The notes under the pieces were generated by a model. The model was not told where the DNA came from. It did no database searches and saw only the letters and a list, made by a program, of their open reading frames with translations. A DNA stretch of 64,000 nt from Felis catus (taxonomy: Eukaryota): positions 225,124,001-225,188,000 of the forward strand of contig NC_058368.1 of assembly GCF_018350175.1 (NCBI RefSeq), given 5' to 3'. The first letter of the stretch is position 1. The number at the start of each line of letters is the position of its first letter. Positions 60,304-64,000 of this stretch are shown in pieces. The translations under genes and the position numbers were made by a program.

Positions 60304-60934
60304 GTGAGTCCAACCAGATGCCAGGGTTCCACATGGAACCCGCATGCCTCTGCCTGAGCAACATCAGAACGTGGGTGGTACAACTAGGAAGCCAAAACAT
60401 TATGGTAACTCGGGGTCGTCTACTGCGACTGCTAAGGATCGTTCTCTTATTAGGCTATCTTAGCGTCCACTCCTGGGACGCCATTCAGTCAACAGGCATT
60501 CGCCTCATTAGCGATCTGAGAATCGCCGTGGAGAGGACGGAGGAAGAGCAGGGCAGACCTTTAATGATGTGCACATTAGTCTCTTATGAGACTTCTTTAT
60601 TGATAAGGTTTTGCTGAAATGGGTAAGATTTTCCCTGTTGCTAAGGCAACCTGCCTGCAGGAATAGCTGATCTATACACCTCGTTCTGGAAAGTGGTCTT
60701 GCAATTTAATAAAGGGAAAAAGAAATGTTGCTATAGACTCACCTCAGAGAGGAAAAGAAACAGAATATACAAAAAGGAAAAAAGATAATGGGTGAGGAGG
60801 GGGGTGTTGGGTTTGAAGACTGGGGTTAAACACGTTACCTTGCCAGAAAGAAACAAACACTATGAGGAATACAAAAGATATATGTCTTAGGCAGTCTTTA
60901 CCCCTTTCTCCTCCCCATGCTGGTCAGATTTCTC

Positions 60935-61365
60935 ACCGCCTTCCCTCACTCTCTCCTCCCCGGTTCCCTAGACTCCTTGTTCCTCTGACACATCATTAGC
61001 TGCTGTCTCAAGTCTGCGTTTGCTGTTCCCTGCCTGGAAAGCTCCCACCCTGGATGTGAGCGTGACTCCCTATCTCATATCCCACAGGCCCCCTTAGCAG
61101 AAAATCTGTCCCTGGCCACCAGGTCTCAGATAGCCTCCCACCATCCCCACCGTCGTCTGTCTCTTTCGCTTTACCCTACTTTATTCTTCTTCACAGCATT
61201 TGTCCCCAAATAATATGAAATATGCATTGATTTCTTCATTCGCAGCCTCCTGTGCTGGAATAGGAGCTTGAGAGCAGATTATAAATGTCTTTCTCCCTGC
61301 TCTGTCATCGGCACCACGAAGACTGTTTTGATCCCTCTATAGCAAATTCTTCGCTAATAAATCAA
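60935..61365 (+). mobile_element. LINE-2 3' fragment
   Basis: tttgctgttccctgcctggaaagctc, ctttattcttcttcacagcattt, gctggaataggagcttgagagcag. Confidence 0.7.
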
Positions 61366-61559
61366 GTTGTGCTCCCCATCTTTAAAAGCCCAGTTAGGGA
61401 GGTAAAACTAAGTCCTATAAAATGCGTGTAAAAGGCTACTGTGGCAGATGATAACACGGCAAAACCAAACCCAAAGGCAGTGGCAAGGGGAGACCGGGTA
61501 AGTTAGAAGAGGAAAAAAAAAAGAAAGAAAAGCATTATCGAGGACAGCCACCGCTGGAG

Positions 61560-62031
61560 AACTCTCTCGAAAACAGCGCTGGCATCATGTCACTCCTGAA
61601 CCAGAGAGTGTCTAGCTCCTAGCAGGAGCTAGAAGCCTGTAAAGTACATTTCACAGGCTCCTTTGCCAGCAGGGCTCCAGTGGGGGTCCTGCCAAAGGAG
61701 ACTTTCACGGGAGATTAGAGGGAGGGAAAAGAGAAGGGACCTTTCCTCCTCAGGCGGAAGCAGTAGGTATCAGCTCCTATGGTCCCTGCAATACACCTGT
61801 TCTAGGTTGTATTGTTTAGCAACAGATCACCAGAGGCAGCTTGGGGCAGATGGGCCGGGGGCTACAGGGCTGACAACAGTCTCCTGGAGCCCTTTATCTC
61901 TGAAAACGCCCTCCCTCTTCTGCTCTTGCATCCTTCCCAACAATTTGATGATCTAACTCCCCATTTTAAACACCTCTATGCCGGAAATACCCTAAGTGGT
62001 TTATACTTTCTTGGTTCGGTCCAAGCTGATA
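61560..62031 (+). mobile_element. Old ERVL LTR (LTR33-like)
   Basis: tacatttcacaggctcctttgccagcagg, gggagattagagggaggg, gaaataccctaagtggttt...ctgata end. Confidence 0.5.
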
Positions 62032-62232
62032 ACCACCTACTTCTTGTGCTATCCATTCCAGCCTTCTTTAAGTCATCATCTCAATTAAATATGAATGTAA
62101 TTCATATCATGTTCTTTCATTCATATTCTAAATTTTGAAGTTTCTCTAGCGGAGAAGAAGGCTGCACCATAATCATTCTCAAGAAAGCACACTCAGAGGG
62201 CTCTGGCCACCATTCATCTAAATAAATGTCTA

Positions 62233-62436
62233 GGGGCGCCTGGGAGGCTCAGTCAGTTGAGCGTCCGACTCTTGATTTTGGCTCCGGTCATGATCTCATG
62301 ATTGGTGAGTTTGAGCCCTGCATTGGGCTCCCTGTTGACAGCTCAGACACTGTTTGGGATTTTCTGTCTCCCTCTCTCTGCTCCTCCCCTGCGTATGCTC
62401 TCTCTCTGTGTCTCGAAATAAATGTAAAAAAAAATT
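62233..62436 (+). mobile_element. Carnivore SINE
   Basis: Full element; TSD aaataaatgtcta. Confidence 0.94.
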
Positions 62437-63667
62437 AAATAAATGTCTAAACCTTCAACTTATGTAAGGCTCAGATTGTACCCTATGATTTTGTACTTGA
62501 TTCCATACATTCTCATATCTTACTCCATAGTTTTTCTTAAATAAAAACTTCCATTCTCCGATTAAATTGTAAGTTCCTGGAGGCAAGCCTTATAGTTTTT
62601 TCTTTTATCTCTGGTATTGGCAATGTCGGGTATTTTGTCCGTACCCAGAAAACAAATATGGATTCATTTTCCTCAAAAGAGATCAAAGAAAGGATATTCT
62701 CCACATCCCTTCAGTACAGAAGGACAATGATTTGGTCACAGTCATAAATTATATTGTCCCATGTGTCAAACTGTCATAAACCACCTTAAACTATAGTAAT
62801 TTCTATAGTAATTACTATAGTGATTAGTAAAACATAGTCAACGTTTGCTTATGTTTTATCTGTTATTTTCCACCAGACACAGAGTTATGATGTGATCTCA
62901 GCGATCAGTCTCTTGCTATGTTTTCTCCCCCCGCCTCCCAGAGGAAATTGCTCTGTATGTAGCAACAGATTCAGCGTGTCTATGGGACGCGGTGAGTTCC
63001 GGATCCTTCCACTTAGCCATCTTAAGCCAGAACCCTTTGGTCCCTTATCATCATTAAAGGAATTATTTTCTGAATGTACAGTCGATTCTAATATATAGTT
63101 AATTCAATCCAACTGATTTGGACAAAAAAAGTAAGAAATATTTTAAGAAAGAAAGAATCAAGAAAGAACAAAAATGTACTGGCGTGAACCAGATACCCTC
63201 TGAAAATTTTGAAGTAAACGGTCACGGGATCATCTTTCACCCACCAACGAAAGACCAGCTAACTTAAGAGGTAGAAGATAAGGTCTGGGAATTTGGAATC
63301 ACCAACAATTCTACCCTGTATAAAAAGCAGAGAGAGAGAAAGGAGGCTTATATCAGAAAGCACCTTCCAGCACCTCGTATAGGATTGATTCCAACCGGAA
63401 TTGATCTGTCGATATCTTTTTATTACTAATAAAATCCTCGATAAGCTACTAATTTGGAACCGGGGGAGTAAGCAGGTAAGGAACTGAGAAGTAAAGTTTT
63501 TATTTTTAGATTCCGGAGAATATTAGGATCGGGTTTTTAGATGAGGTGTCCACGCTTCGTTTCTTTGGTTAAGCCACAGCCAGGCTGCTCTTTCAACACT
63601 GATGCATGTCTGTGGCTCTGACTTGGCTGTCCTAAGCAAATTAGGTAGTCCTTATTATGATAAATGA

Positions 63668-64000
63668 CATTATTCAGCATTGTTAGCTGCTAACAACAGC
63701 AAATTGGCTATTAAAGCAGAAAAGGGATTTAGTCAAGGATAATAGGTAGCTCTCAGAATCTTCAGCGGAGTCAGAGAATAGGTTTATGGCCTGGCTGTGT
63801 GACCAAGGCACATAACTTAAGTTACACCACCCAATGGCCCAAAAGCCGCTGACATTTTCCCAAGGCCAAGGCCCTGACCCAGCAGCTCCTACCTGTGAGA
63901 CCAGCCACACTCTCCGCCCTAGCTCCCTCAGTGGCCAGCATGAAAACCACCTGCAAACCCCCTGCTTCTTGTGGTTATTCTCTCTAAATCCAAGTCTAGC
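63668..64000 (-). mobile_element. Old MaLR LTR fragment (MLT1K/M-like)
   Basis: ttagctgctaacaacag..aaattggct.ttaaagcagaaaagggattta...gtagctctcagaatc. Confidence 0.45.

Noticed and set aside
1..64000. CRISPR arrays, operons or other prokaryotic systems; intact L1 or ERV coding regions; microRNA precursors
   Set aside because: The sequence is mammalian. I saw no regularly spaced repeat-spacer array, no gag/pol/ORF2-length frames and no recognisable miRNA hairpin, though a miRNA could be missed by eye

Overview
Eukaryotic (mammalian) genomic DNA, almost certainly from a felid such as the domestic cat. The basis is 29 tRNA-derived carnivore SINEs, most of feline SINEC_Fc type, together with a carnivore L1 3' end and old eutherian repeats (L2, MIR, MLT1/MLT2, MER21, MER5A, MER81, MER82). 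The window is repeat-rich intronic or intergenic sequence. I recognise no complete protein-coding gene, and most ORF-track entries are artefacts of SINEs, LTRs or microsatellites. The best non-repeat signals are: (1) a candidate 73-nt signal-peptide-encoding first exon on the minus strand (5834-5762) with a phase-1 GTAAG donor; (2) a promoter-like region at about 22.9-23.35 kb, with a second phase-1 minus-strand candidate first exon and a divergent plus-strand splice chain; (3) several enhancer-like motif clusters, including a perfect inverted pair of TCF/LEF sites. Two unusual retroposition composites share single target-site duplications (TSDs): a SINE plus U6 5' fragment, and a SINE-spacer-SINE dimer. 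Repeat family names were assigned by eye from remembered consensus sequences, and their boundaries are approximate. I see no evidence of a novel multi-gene system.
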